Virus record (IMG/VR): IMGVR_UViG_3300046787_000286
Location: 124,001 to 188,000 of that record
Reading direction: 5' to 3' (one strand)
Length of the DNA: 64,000 nt
Below the pieces are notes generated by a model. It worked only from the letters and a program-made list of their open reading frames with translations, did not search any database and had not been told where the DNA came from. The position numbers were made by a program, and so were the translations under genes. Shown here piece by piece: positions 1-9,574 of the stretch. The stretch's first letter is position 1; every line of letters begins with the position of its first letter.

Positions 1-1
1 A

Positions 2-1729
2 ATCAAAGTGACGCTCAAACGGATGTCCTTTTAGTAAACTAAATGTAGTAAGTAGTTTACCTTTTATTTGTCCGGTAAGGCCGCCTCCGGTATACTTGCC
101 AACTTGAATACTACCGCGTGTGCTTACTGCACCTTTGTTACGTCCACCCGCTCTAGTCTCATAGTATGAGTAAAGCATTGTTGGGCCATACTCCATTGGG
201 TCGTGTGGAACAAAGCGGGCTTTGATTGTTGTCTTTACAACGTTTTCTACACAGTCGAAGTCTTTGGCTACAATTTGTTTTACTTGTTCAATGAATTCGG
301 GCCATGGAATAAACTTACGTGATCCACCACCTTCATCCGGAACAAATTCGGTTAAGTGGGCTTCGTTCATTTTACCATCACTACTAAATCCATAATATTT
401 CGCTACATCTTGTAAATCACTAGGACGGTACTTGTTGAGAAAGTCTGATATTAAATCGTGGATGTGTCCGGAGTTCCCTGCTTGGTCTAATGCACCGGGC
501 AAAGGTATTTCACCATATTTCCATCTAATATGCACACCACCAGGACTGTCTATGTACCAACGTCTTCCGTCCCAGTCTAAACCAAATTTATCTACTGTTA
601 CTTTTAGTTGTATGTCTTTGGCCGGAGTACCTGGCACAGTCTCGCACCATATGTCAAATTGATTGTTGCGTAGATATCTTGATTTGTATGGCTTGCCGAA
701 GTTTGGCGGCACATATCTGTCTCCATCATCGCCATTACCTGGAGCGAACTCGTTTAGTTGGTCAGCTAGTTGTTCTTCACTCCAGCCAATGTAGCTATCA
801 CTATCATCGTCGCCGATACGCATAACATACGCACCGCCTTCCTCGCTTTCAAGCTCGCCAATTTCCCAACCGACTTTGGCTAAGGCTTGTTCTACTCGAC
901 GTTGTGTAGCTACATCTGGGGCAGAATACCACATTTTAGCAAATCGAAGTAACACATCTTCGGGGTCATTTTCTCTGTCGTTACCACTGCCGGGTGCAAA
1001 TTCGTTTAGTTCTTCATCTTCAGTCATGCTAAAGTCCTTCTTCATGAAGTCCTTGGTTCTAGACACTGCTGGCTGTATTTTTTTAAGTTTAGGTGGCTTG
1101 CTTCTAAACATCACAGAACCTAGCATATTACTTTCGTCTAGCGTGGTACCCATGGCTGCGTCTAGCATTTTAACAACAGTAGCAGCAAGTTTAGGATTTA
1201 TTTGTGTTTTTGGGTACAAACTCATTACAAGAGCTGTCTTACGTCTAGTATCCAATGTGGGCCATGCTGTGCGTATTTCTGTAGCACTAGTCATACCAGG
1301 ACCAAACTCCACTGTGGGCAAGTAAGCCATGTAAGCATGCTTATTCATCGGAGCAAGTTCATCTTGTCCTTCATAAGGTTGCAAGTATGCAGGGTTGCCA
1401 TCTTTTTTAACGCCGCCTGCTTGTGGTGGTTTGTTTGCGTCCTTTTCCGAACGTACAAAAATTAATTGGGTGGTTTCGGGATCAAAGTGATCTGTAACTT
1501 CTCGTGCTTGAAACGGTGACTTAACTTGTATGAATTTACCAGGATTAACGCCTGCTAGTTTAGCAAGTTTTTCTTTAACAGCAAACGGGAATGGTCTAGC
1601 GGATGTGTCGTTGGTTGCAGCCACATAGACATCTGCGCCGGGGAAAGCATCTTGTGCTTGTTGGTATAGTGCGTAATGGCCAGCGTGGAACGGATGAAAT
1701 CCGCCTGGCATGATAATAACTTGCTTCAT
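2..1729 (-). CDS. HxGH nucleotidyltransferase-domain protein with C-terminal modules (polyprotein-like); runs off the left edge
   Basis: Absent from ORF track (no stop in window). Manual translation MKQVIIMPGGFHPFHAGHYALYQQAQDAFPGADVYVAATND...; later in-frame junctions TLDE, ELNE-FAPG, QLNE-FAPG, HLTE-FVPD; TAAATA 6 nt upstream of ATG. Confidence 0.8.
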   Translation of the reverse strand, partial: MKQVIIMPGGFHPFHAGHYALYQQAQDAFPGADVYVAATNDTSARPFPFAVKEKLAKLAGVNPGKFIQVKSPFQAREVTDHFDPETTQLIFVRSEKDANKPPQAGGVKKDGNPAYLQPYEGQDELAPMNKHAYMAYLPTVEFGPGMTSATEIRTAWPTLDTRRKTALVMSLYPKTQINPKLAATVVKMLDAAMGTTLDESNMLGSVMFRSKPPKLKKIQPAVSRTKDFMKKDFSMTEDEELNEFAPGSGNDRENDPEDVLLRFAKMWYSAPDVATQRRVEQALAKVGWEIGELESEEGGAYVMRIGDDDSDSYIGWSEEQLADQLNEFAPGNGDDGDRYVPPNFGKPYKSRYLRNNQFDIWCETVPGTPAKDIQLKVTVDKFGLDWDGRRWYIDSPGGVHIRWKYGEIPLPGALDQAGNSGHIHDLISDFLNKYRPSDLQDVAKYYGFSSDGKMNEAHLTEFVPDEGGGSRKFIPWPEFIEQVKQIVAKDFDCVENVVKTTIKARFVPHDPMEYGPTMLYSYYETRAGGRNKGAVSTRGSIQVGKYTGGGLTGQIKGKLLTTFSLLKGHPFERHFD

Positions 1730-1757
1730 AGCAAGTATTTAGTTTACATGGTTTCTA

Positions 1758-2123
1758 TTAGTACACGACTGTGATTGAATCAATTTGCCCGGCACTAAAG
1801 TCTGTAATTTTAACACGCAGCCAAGTATAGTTGCCAGTTAGTGACACAGGGTAAACACCTGACACAATAGTAGATGCATCGCCGAATGTGTTTACATCTA
1901 CCCAGTTTGCTACTTCCCAGTTTTGATCAAGCGTGGCTTGAACAGTAATCACACCCTGGAATCCAGTGATGCGTTGATAAACTGTTTGTATTGCACCCTG
2001 ACCGCGATAGTAGCCCACTCCTTTGACACCGTCAGAGTCAAAGTCTGTACTGGAGCCATCGTAGTTGCCCGAAGGAACTCCGTATTGAGTTAGTCCTAAA
2101 ATGGTCAAAGTATTAACTGACAT
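1758..2123 (-). CDS. hypothetical beta-rich protein, possibly virion structural
   Basis: 121 aa ORF rich in G/T/S/V, downstream of a late TAAATA box. Confidence 0.6.
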   Translation of the reverse strand: MSVNTLTILGLTQYGVPSGNYDGSSTDFDSDGVKGVGYYRGQGAIQTVYQRITGFQGVITVQATLDQNWEVANWVDVNTFGDASTIVSGVYPVSLTGNYTWLRVKITDFSAGQIDSITVVY

Positions 2124-2311
2124 TATGCTCTCACAACTTCCACAACAATACCTTGTCCTAGCAACTCTTCTGCAACTGATTGCAGCGCATCACAGATGTC
2201 ATTGGTAGCCATAAGATCGCCAGTGCTGCTGTTTGCAACAGCATCAACTTCTTTGTCCTTGATCAGTTTTGAGAGTTTGATCACAACTGCTTCTTCGTAT
2301 ATTTTTGCCAT
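2123..2311 (-). CDS. small hypothetical protein
   Basis: 62 aa, TAAATA 7 nt upstream, coupled to next gene. Confidence 0.7.
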   Translation of the reverse strand: MAKIYEEAVVIKLSKLIKDKEVDAVANSSTGDLMATNDICDALQSVAEELLGQGIVVEVVRA

Positions 2312-2317
2312 AGTGTA

Positions 2318-3001
2318 TTATTTAGCCACGATCTGCTTGGTCTGCCGTGTGATATTAGGCACAACCATGTTCAGGAACAACAGCTCGCCGTCATTGTTGT
2401 GATCAATGAAGAAGTGGGCATGTGTCCAGTTTATCCACCAATTCTTAGTAGGAGTGTTGACCCAGTCTTTTAATCCCGGGCCCATACGTACATTCTCACG
2501 TGCCTTCAAGTATTCAACTAGTGTATTACGTTGGGAATCGTCGATTGCTTTGGATCTAAAATAAGTCCTATGAGTCCATTTTGGATCGTATAACGCAATT
2601 GTGCCCACTGGGCAAATTTGATGTGCTTCCTGTATTTGTATCTTGTCAAGAGTTGGCAAGTAATACAGTGTTTTTACTAAATCAAAGTCATTGGTATAAA
2701 CATACCCACGATCATAGGAAACTACAAACTTTAGTTGCTCTTTGTGACGAACTAATAAGCGACACAACTCCTCAAGGTTCTGTTGCATTCCTGAATCAAT
2801 CCGATGCATTTGAAAGCTGCCGCCGTAAAGCTGTTTGTGTTCTGTCCGCCAGCGATTACGCTCCTGTACTAATTTATCGATCTTATCAGGGTTCAGTCCC
2901 CTGATAATCCCGAGCTCGCGCAAATCAAATCTAACACTGTATCTGTATTTCCCGAAGAAAGGTTGATTGGTTTCCACGGGTTTTACTTTAAGGTTGGACA
3001 A
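2318..3001 (-). CDS. hypothetical protein
   Basis: 227 aa ORF overlapping clpA stop. Confidence 0.75.
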   Translation of the reverse strand: MSNLKVKPVETNQPFFGKYRYSVRFDLRELGIIRGLNPDKIDKLVQERNRWRTEHKQLYGGSFQMHRIDSGMQQNLEELCRLLVRHKEQLKFVVSYDRGYVYTNDFDLVKTLYYLPTLDKIQIQEAHQICPVGTIALYDPKWTHRTYFRSKAIDDSQRNTLVEYLKARENVRMGPGLKDWVNTPTKNWWINWTHAHFFIDHNNDGELLFLNMVVPNITRQTKQIVAK

Positions 3002-5231
3002 TTGTCAAACCCTCGACGGAAGTTTCTACAGTTTCAAACGCAATATTGTCACCGTCTAAGTTAGCAACTACAGAGCAATCACGCAGGTTATCAAACAAGA
3101 TCTTCTTTGATAATGGCACACGGATCAACTCATCAATCTTGCGTGACAGTGGACGAGCACCCATCAGCGGATCGTAACCCTTGTCTGCTAGATAGTCAAC
3201 AACACTTTCGCTCAGTGTGAGTTTGATGTTCTTGGTGTTCAAGCTAGTTTGCAGTTCATCCACAAACTTAACAACAATCTTCTTGATAGCAAGTTTATCC
3301 AACTTGCCAAACTTACAGATCTTGTCAATACGGTTACGCAGTTCTGGACGGAAGAACTCTTTGAGAGCTTTGTCATCTTCGCCTGTTTTCTCTTGCCCAC
3401 CAAAACCAATGTTTAGACGTTCACTATCCTTGGCACCCAAGTTTGATGTCATGATAATGATTGTGTTCTTACAGCTCACAGTCTTACCATTTGAACTTGT
3501 GATGCGACCTTCGTCTAGCATTTGCAAGAAGATGTTGACCACATCAGGATGTGCTTTTTCAACTTCGTCAAACAACATAACAGCATAAGGGTTCTTGGTC
3601 AAGTCACTGATCAACTTGCCACCGCCTACGTTACCGTCTTCAAATCCCACATAGCCCGGAGGAGCACCAATCAAGCTACTAACTGTGTGACGCTCTTGAT
3701 ACTCACTCATATCGTAGCGTAACAGTGTCATGTCCAGATTATCTGCCAACAACTTAGCAAGTTCTGTTTTACCTGTACCTGTTGGGCCCAGGAACAAGAA
3801 GCTAGCAATAGGTTTCTTGTCGTTACCGATACCTGAATAGTTAATGTAAACACGTTCCAGCACTGTGTCCACAGCAGAGTCTTGTCCGTAGAGCTTTTGC
3901 TTGATGTTAGTTTCGAGCTCCGCAATGTTAGCAGAGCGCTCGTTTTGCAACTTGTCTAACGGAATACCCAAGATCTTGCTAACTTGCTCTTCGATCATGC
4001 TCTTGGTAACGGAAACGTTGCCTTGGTCCTTAACACGTTGTCTAGCACACGCACCATCGATGAGATCGATTGACTTATCGGGATTCTTTCGATCATGAAT
4101 ATATCGGCCCGATAGTTCCACTGCGGCGGTGATAGCTTCAGTTTCGATGAGGACATTATGAAAAGTTTCGAGTCGGGGAGAGAGCCCAATGAGAATCTGT
4201 TCTGTTGTACTAGGAGTTGGCTCATCAATGGCCACGCGATGGAACCTACGCATAAGGGCTCGATCTTTCTCAAAGCTCTCGTAATATTCTTCCCATGTAG
4301 TAGATGCAACAACTTTTAGGTTTCCTTTGGTAATTGCTGGCTTGAGCATGTTGGCAAAGTCTAACGAACTGTTATTGCCTGCACCTGCACCTTGCATGGT
4401 GTGAGCTTCGTCGATGAACAAGATGCAGTTTTTCTTTGCTTCCAACGCACCGATCACAGCACGGAACTTTTCTTCAAACTCGCCGCGATATTTAGATCCT
4501 GCAAGCAATGCAGAAATCTCAAGACTCCACACCTCGTGATTCTTCAAGAACTCAGGTACATTGTTATTGTTTACTTCTTGCGCAAGACCTTCAATGATAG
4601 CAGTTTTACCAACACCAGGATCGCCTACCATAAGCACGTTTGCTTTAAAACGTCGAGCCAACACAGTGATCATTTCTTCTAGCTCTTTGCTTCGACCGAT
4701 CATGGGCTCTAATCGATTTTCTTTAGCTAGTTTGGTTAAGTTAGTGCAGTGCTCACTCAAGATCTCACTTGCTTGATCTGGGCTCAACTTTTGAGCTTCT
4801 TCGTGTGCATAATGCTTTTGCCAGAATGCCACAAACTCACGGCTCTTGACACCGTACTTGAGCAAGAAATATTGTGCATGACTATTGTGTTCGGCCATGA
4901 TAGCCAAGTACAAGTCGATAGTAGTTAATGTAGTTCGGCCGGTAAAGGATACTTGTGTAAATGCGCGATTAATAACACGCACTAGAGCCTCAGTCTTCTT
5001 GGGCTTTGTAATGTCCATTTTAACTAGATTAACCAAGCTATCCAGGTAAGCACCAAGCTCTGATTCAAACTGCTCACTTGCTACGCCAAATTTATCTAGG
5101 CATTTTCTAAACGGGGCATGTTGTAGCATAGCCATTAACAAATGCTCTGTAAGCATGTATTCATGATTGCGAACATGCGCTAATTTAATAGCTGAGTCGA
5201 TGATTTGTTCAATTTCGGGATTGTTTTGCAT
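2988..5231 (-). CDS. clpA: ClpA-type AAA+ unfoldase
   Basis: Clp N-domain (EHLLMAML), Walker A GDPGVGKT and GPTGTGKT, Walker B LFIDEAH and LFDEVEKAH, IGF ClpP-docking loop, no ClpB middle domain. Confidence 0.93.
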   Translation of the reverse strand: MQNNPEIEQIIDSAIKLAHVRNHEYMLTEHLLMAMLQHAPFRKCLDKFGVASEQFESELGAYLDSLVNLVKMDITKPKKTEALVRVINRAFTQVSFTGRTTLTTIDLYLAIMAEHNSHAQYFLLKYGVKSREFVAFWQKHYAHEEAQKLSPDQASEILSEHCTNLTKLAKENRLEPMIGRSKELEEMITVLARRFKANVLMVGDPGVGKTAIIEGLAQEVNNNNVPEFLKNHEVWSLEISALLAGSKYRGEFEEKFRAVIGALEAKKNCILFIDEAHTMQGAGAGNNSSLDFANMLKPAITKGNLKVVASTTWEEYYESFEKDRALMRRFHRVAIDEPTPSTTEQILIGLSPRLETFHNVLIETEAITAAVELSGRYIHDRKNPDKSIDLIDGACARQRVKDQGNVSVTKSMIEEQVSKILGIPLDKLQNERSANIAELETNIKQKLYGQDSAVDTVLERVYINYSGIGNDKKPIASFLFLGPTGTGKTELAKLLADNLDMTLLRYDMSEYQERHTVSSLIGAPPGYVGFEDGNVGGGKLISDLTKNPYAVMLFDEVEKAHPDVVNIFLQMLDEGRITSSNGKTVSCKNTIIIMTSNLGAKDSERLNIGFGGQEKTGEDDKALKEFFRPELRNRIDKICKFGKLDKLAIKKIVVKFVDELQTSLNTKNIKLTLSESVVDYLADKGYDPLMGARPLSRKIDELIRVPLSKKILFDNLRDCSVVANLDGDNIAFETVETSVEGLTIVQP

Positions 5232-5280
5232 ATTTTCCAGTTTGAAAGTTATGTGTTAATTATACGCTACCCTGAAATAT

Positions 5281-6069
5281 TTAGCGACCTGTTTGTTGCC
5301 GAATTAGTGCTAATAGATCTTCGGGTATGTTTCGGGGAATTTCTGCTTGTAATCGAATCATCATGTCCCCGGGATTTCGGGATCGATCCGGTAAACCTCG
5401 CCCGCGACAACGAAGGATTTGACCTGGTTGTGTCATTGGCGGAATGGCAACGTTTAGTTCACGATTTAGGATATCCTTGACCATGATGTCACCACCTGCA
5501 ATCATGGTCCAAATATCAACCTTTTGGTCAGTGTACAGGTTGTACCCATCGCGTTGCCATTTTGGATTTGGGTGAATTCTAAATGTGACCACTAGATCTA
5601 CACCACCAGGTGCTAGCCCCGGGTACATTACCGACGCACCATCTTCTACGCCAGGCGGGATATCAATTTCTACAATTTGACTACCGGAATGACTGCCCAC
5701 ACTAACAGTTCGTTTTCCACCGGAAGCTACATCACTTAACTGAATCCATAAACTCATTCTAGCCTGGGCAGGCCGTCGTTGTTGGTTATGATTAAACTGT
5801 GCCCCAAACATGTTGAAGATGTTGTCAAAGTCAAATGGTTGCCCACCTGCTTGACGGAAACCAAATTGACCAAAGTCGGGACGCGGAGTATCGTGTGCTG
5901 CACGTTGCTCTGGGTCACTCAGTACACGATATGCTTCTTCAAGCTCTTGGAATTTGGCCGTGTCGCCGCCTTTGTCCGGATGAAATTTTGATGCCAGCCG
6001 TCTATACGCCTGCTTTATTTGTTCCGGAGTTGCAGACTTATCAACCCCAAGTGTTTCATAGTATTTCAT
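5281..6069 (-). CDS. dnaJ: DnaJ/CbpA-type J-domain chaperone lacking the zinc finger
   Basis: YYETLGV...HPDKGG J domain, G/F-rich linker, DnaJ C-terminal domain. Confidence 0.92.
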   Translation of the reverse strand: MKYYETLGVDKSATPEQIKQAYRRLASKFHPDKGGDTAKFQELEEAYRVLSDPEQRAAHDTPRPDFGQFGFRQAGGQPFDFDNIFNMFGAQFNHNQQRRPAQARMSLWIQLSDVASGGKRTVSVGSHSGSQIVEIDIPPGVEDGASVMYPGLAPGGVDLVVTFRIHPNPKWQRDGYNLYTDQKVDIWTMIAGGDIMVKDILNRELNVAIPPMTQPGQILRCRGRGLPDRSRNPGDMMIRLQAEIPRNIPEDLLALIRQQTGR

Positions 6070-6680
6070 TTACTTTTACAATTATCAAAGTGGAATCGTT
6101 TCATATTGCTATTGCCACCTGTTTTCTGACAATGCGGACATTCTACTATCTTTTGTAGGCACGGCTTACCTATTTTAGCTAATGAGATTTTCTTACCTGT
6201 TTCCTTAGAAACTATTCTACCTTTATTTGACAAGGAGTTTTTTAATTTACTTTCCTCGCTTTGCGGCTTGCCTATTTTACCTTTTTTTGATCTAGAGATG
6301 TTTTTGTTATGTTCTGAACTGTTAGGTCCTTTTTGCCTACCCTTTAACGTAGCCGACCGCTTTGCATTGCTTTCCGGCGAATGTATTATTTTTGCCCCCG
6401 ATGATCCTTCCCCGCCGTCGGTCAGATTTCGTAGTATTCCAGTGTTGGTATTAATTCTTCCCCACCATTTTATTAATCTTCGTTCTAATGCTAGTGCTCC
6501 TATTTCGGACAAATTTTGTTCTAGCACAACAATGTATTTTCTATCCGTTGGAATACGTATTCCATGTTTTTCGTATAGTCTTCTTCCTTTGCCTTTACCT
6601 ATATAGTAAGGTGAACCTGCACACCCATTCTTAGAGCTTTGGCTCCTGATGTAAGCATAGACGTAATAACCTTTTAACAT
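6066..6680 (-). mobile_element. free-standing GIY-YIG-like homing endonuclease with NUMOD3-like repeats
   Basis: YYVYAYIR...PYYIGKG, NLTDGGEG, HSPESNAKRS/SEEHNKNIS-type repeats, C-terminal CPHC...MKRFHFDNC; start moved to ATG 5 nt after TAAATA. Confidence 0.8.
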
Positions 6681-6729
6681 AAAGTTATTTATCAAACTTA
6701 CCTTAGTCAGGGTGATGTTGGCAATGTAA

Positions 6730-7059
6730 TTATACTACTTGACCATGGGTTTCTACAAATTTTTTGAGTGCTCGGGATCTAGCAATGAGTAAACGAATCT
6801 TGACATAGTCACTTAGTTCATCTGATTCGTTGGGCTCTAGTTTAAAACGATAACGACGTTGCGGCATTATGTCTTCGTCGTCTACTGCGTCCCAGGGATC
6901 AACTCCAGCAAAGTTAATAGCAGTGTATCTGTGCGGGTTGCTACGAAGTAGTTTGGGCTTTTTAATTGTGGCTGTGTGTTTAGCGTCACTCACAGGCGAT
7001 GGTTTGGCCAGAGCCGAAAAAGATAAAGCAACAAAAAGGATAGCAACAATTATTCGCAT
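6730..7059 (-). CDS. hypothetical secreted protein
   Basis: N-terminal signal peptide MRIIVAILFVALSFSALA. Confidence 0.7.
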   Translation of the reverse strand: MRIIVAILFVALSFSALAKPSPVSDAKHTATIKKPKLLRSNPHRYTAINFAGVDPWDAVDDEDIMPQRRYRFKLEPNESDELSDYVKIRLLIARSRALKKFVETHGQVV

Positions 7060-7095
7060 AGTATATACAACGCCTTAGCCCAGGGTTACGCTGAC

Positions 7096-7120
7096 AAAAA
7101 AAGGCTCCGAAGAGCCTTTT
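7096..7120 (-). terminator. intrinsic terminator with cUUCGg loop
   Basis: ggctc-TTCG-gagcc hairpin followed by a T run on the minus strand. Confidence 0.85.
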
Positions 7121-7138
7121 GTTTTGCCAAATGAATAT

Positions 7139-7357
7139 TTATTTCTTTGGAGGAATTTCAGTTCCTTCGTGCTTTTTGTGAATCTTGATAATCTTACATG
7201 CTTGGCGCACAGAGCCATCTTTATTTTTAGCAGGCTTGCCATCCTTGCCAACCACGTCTTTACAAACTGTTTTGGTTGTTTTGGCTACTGGTGGTTCTTC
7301 TGCAGATGCTGTAATACACAGTGTTGCAAGTGATAGTGCGATTAATAATTGTTTCAT
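7139..7357 (-). CDS. small secreted Lys-rich protein
   Basis: MKQLLIALSLATLCITASA signal peptide; start corrected using upstream AAGGA RBS. Confidence 0.7.
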   Translation of the reverse strand: MKQLLIALSLATLCITASAEEPPVAKTTKTVCKDVVGKDGKPAKNKDGSVRQACKIIKIHKKHEGTEIPPKK

Positions 7358-7367
7358 TTTGTTTCCT

Positions 7368-7952
7368 TTAAATTTCTGGGTGATCGGGTTGTGCAGGACC
7401 TGGTTTGCCTGATGCACTTGTTGTTACCGCTGCGAACGCTGGCGTTGCAGGTGCGCTTCCAAAGCTGCTTGGAGCAGGGCTGATTGGCGCTGCTGATCCG
7501 AATCCTGGCGCACTAGGTGCTGCACTTGGTGTGCTAGCGCCGAAGTTCCCTGCTGGCGCAGAAACGCTAGGTGCTGGTTGTTGAGTGATTGACGATTGGC
7601 CATTTGCTGCTCCTAAGTCTGGGCTGGGCAAACCTGCTGGGGTTGCAGCTTGTCCTGCTAGTTTTTCTTGTGTTCTACCGTAAGCTGATACGCCTAACAC
7701 AGCACACATTGATACATGGAATAATCCGCCACCTTGTAGTGTAATAGGCACCCATTGACGGAATGCATCATTTGATGCTTGTTCTTCCCAGAACTGAACT
7801 ACTGTAAACATAATTGGGAAGATAGCAAAGTCTGACAAACAGCAGGTAATGTACATAAATGCTGCGCACGGACGCCAGTATTTTTGCATCCATTCGCCCT
7901 TGGTCATTGTTTCCACTGCCTGAGGTTTTTCTTTTTTCTTGTTATTAAACAC
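7368..7952 (-). CDS. 3TM holin-like membrane protein with Pro/Ala-rich tail
   Basis: WRP motif, hydrophobic segments, LGVSAYGRTQEK, as in GTA-type 3TM holins. Confidence 0.65.
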   Translation of the reverse strand: MFNNKKKEKPQAVETMTKGEWMQKYWRPCAAFMYITCCLSDFAIFPIMFTVVQFWEEQASNDAFRQWVPITLQGGGLFHVSMCAVLGVSAYGRTQEKLAGQAATPAGLPSPDLGAANGQSSITQQPAPSVSAPAGNFGASTPSAAPSAPGFGSAAPISPAPSSFGSAPATPAFAAVTTSASGKPGPAQPDHPEI

Positions 7953-8143
7953 GGAGACTCCTTTGTTGTTATTATTATGTGAGTATTTACCGTTTTAGAG
8001 TTTTAGATTGATCCACTTGGTTACAATTGCAACAACTAAAAAAATCAGCGTAGTAATAGCAGCCGATAATAAATTAAGCATTATTGCAGCAAACCATACC
8101 CCATTAGCTAAAAAGCTATTTAAAAATCTTCTAATCATTATTG

Positions 8144-8926
8144 TTATCGTCCTGTATACTGTTTGGGTAATGCTGCAATTCTACGTTGTTCTTCAGTCAT
8201 TGGTATCCACCCGTCTCCAAGGTGTGGATACTTTCGTATTCTATCTTCTACTACCAAAGCAAATGAAAGTCCTACACTTGCTGCCATTACTAGCCCAGTT
8301 ATACCCAGTGCTATTTCCACTCTGAGTCTTTCTAGGCGACGCCGTCTTCTAGCACGGGTAGCTTGTTGGTTGTCCATTTGGCGAGCAATAAGCACACGTT
8401 GAGTTTCTCCCATGTGTTTCATCATTGCTTCTACTTCTGTGTATAGTGCGCCCAGTTCCGGAGGCGATTGATACACCATTAGTTCACGCAAGTCTACACT
8501 CATCTGTTCTAGTTGCTTGCGCATTAGCACACGCTGTAGAGCACGTTTACCGAGACTTGCATCTCCAGTGTAAACTTCTTCTTCTGCACGACGTTCTTCT
8601 TCATCAAACACAGCCATGCACTTGTAGAAGTTGTCGTAGTACTCGCCCAGGTGATCGCCAATTTCTCTGTAGATGCCATCGTGCTGGCCTTCGTTGGCTT
8701 TTTTGTTTAGTTCCTTAACACGATTCTTTTCTTCAATGAACTGTTGCTTGGCTTCTATAGACGCAGGTTTTTCTGGAGGATGCAGCTTTTTAAACTGTTC
8801 GTCCATGTCTTTAAGGACGTCCTTGACCTCCCCGGCCGCGCCCTTGATATCTTTATATAACTTACAGCCAGCTTTTACGGCGTTGACCGCACCGTTCGCT
8901 AGCGCAAACAGCGTTAATGGATCCAT
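8144..8926 (-). CDS. coiled-coil membrane-anchored protein
   Basis: MDPLTLFALA N-terminus, helical body, C-terminal TM segment. Confidence 0.7.
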   Translation of the reverse strand: MDPLTLFALANGAVNAVKAGCKLYKDIKGAAGEVKDVLKDMDEQFKKLHPPEKPASIEAKQQFIEEKNRVKELNKKANEGQHDGIYREIGDHLGEYYDNFYKCMAVFDEEERRAEEEVYTGDASLGKRALQRVLMRKQLEQMSVDLRELMVYQSPPELGALYTEVEAMMKHMGETQRVLIARQMDNQQATRARRRRRLERLRVEIALGITGLVMAASVGLSFALVVEDRIRKYPHLGDGWIPMTEEQRRIAALPKQYTGR

Positions 8927-9016
8927 ATTCTTCTTCTTATTCTAGGATCGCTTTCGTGAAAAAGCCCCGTATTATTTACAGGGCCTTTGCGTTAGATTAA
9001 ACTGTCGCTTAATAAA

Positions 9017-9553
9017 TTAGAACCACAACCAAATACCTTGACTTAGTAACAGCACACCGATCACAGCTACTACTTCTGATACCTTGTACATTGTGTTATT
9101 CACAGCAATGATACTTGCAGATAACAAAACAATAGCAAGTTGGAATGCCATACTAGCAAATGTTAGCCATGGTGAATGCTTTGCAGCCTCGTCACGAGCT
9201 GCTTCAAACGCTTGTGCTTTTGCTAGTAACTCTTTCTTGCCTTCGCCTGACTTTGGGTCGCTTTCGTAACGCTCAATCTTGGCTTCTAGTTTTTCCGCAC
9301 GAGCCTTGTCACCTTTGGATCGAGCATCTTCCAGTTGACCTTCTGCAATAGAACCTTTGATACTCTTTGCTTGGAAGAAAGCGTATGTATCAGTTGCCTT
9401 TAACATATTCTTCATAACAGCGCCTGAGTGCGAGTTTGCAAAGTATGTAGTAATACCCATGAACAATGCCATGACTACAATTACCAAACCAGCTTTGTCT
9501 TTGATTTGTGCTTCACGTTCTGAACGTGTGAGGGGTTTCTTTTCTTCTGCCAT
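9017..9553 (-). CDS. membrane protein (DUF4337-like)
   Basis: TM - YAFFQAKSIK - coiled coil - two TM segments; GGAGG RBS. Confidence 0.7.
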   Translation of the reverse strand: MAEEKKPLTRSEREAQIKDKAGLVIVVMALFMGITTYFANSHSGAVMKNMLKATDTYAFFQAKSIKGSIAEGQLEDARSKGDKARAEKLEAKIERYESDPKSGEGKKELLAKAQAFEAARDEAAKHSPWLTFASMAFQLAIVLLSASIIAVNNTMYKVSEVVAVIGVLLLSQGIWLWF

Positions 9554-9574
9554 TGTGGCCTCCTTGTGAATTAT

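Noticed and set aside
2988-5231. ClpB assignment
   Set aside because: Lacks the coiled-coil middle domain and has an IGF loop, so it is ClpA-type
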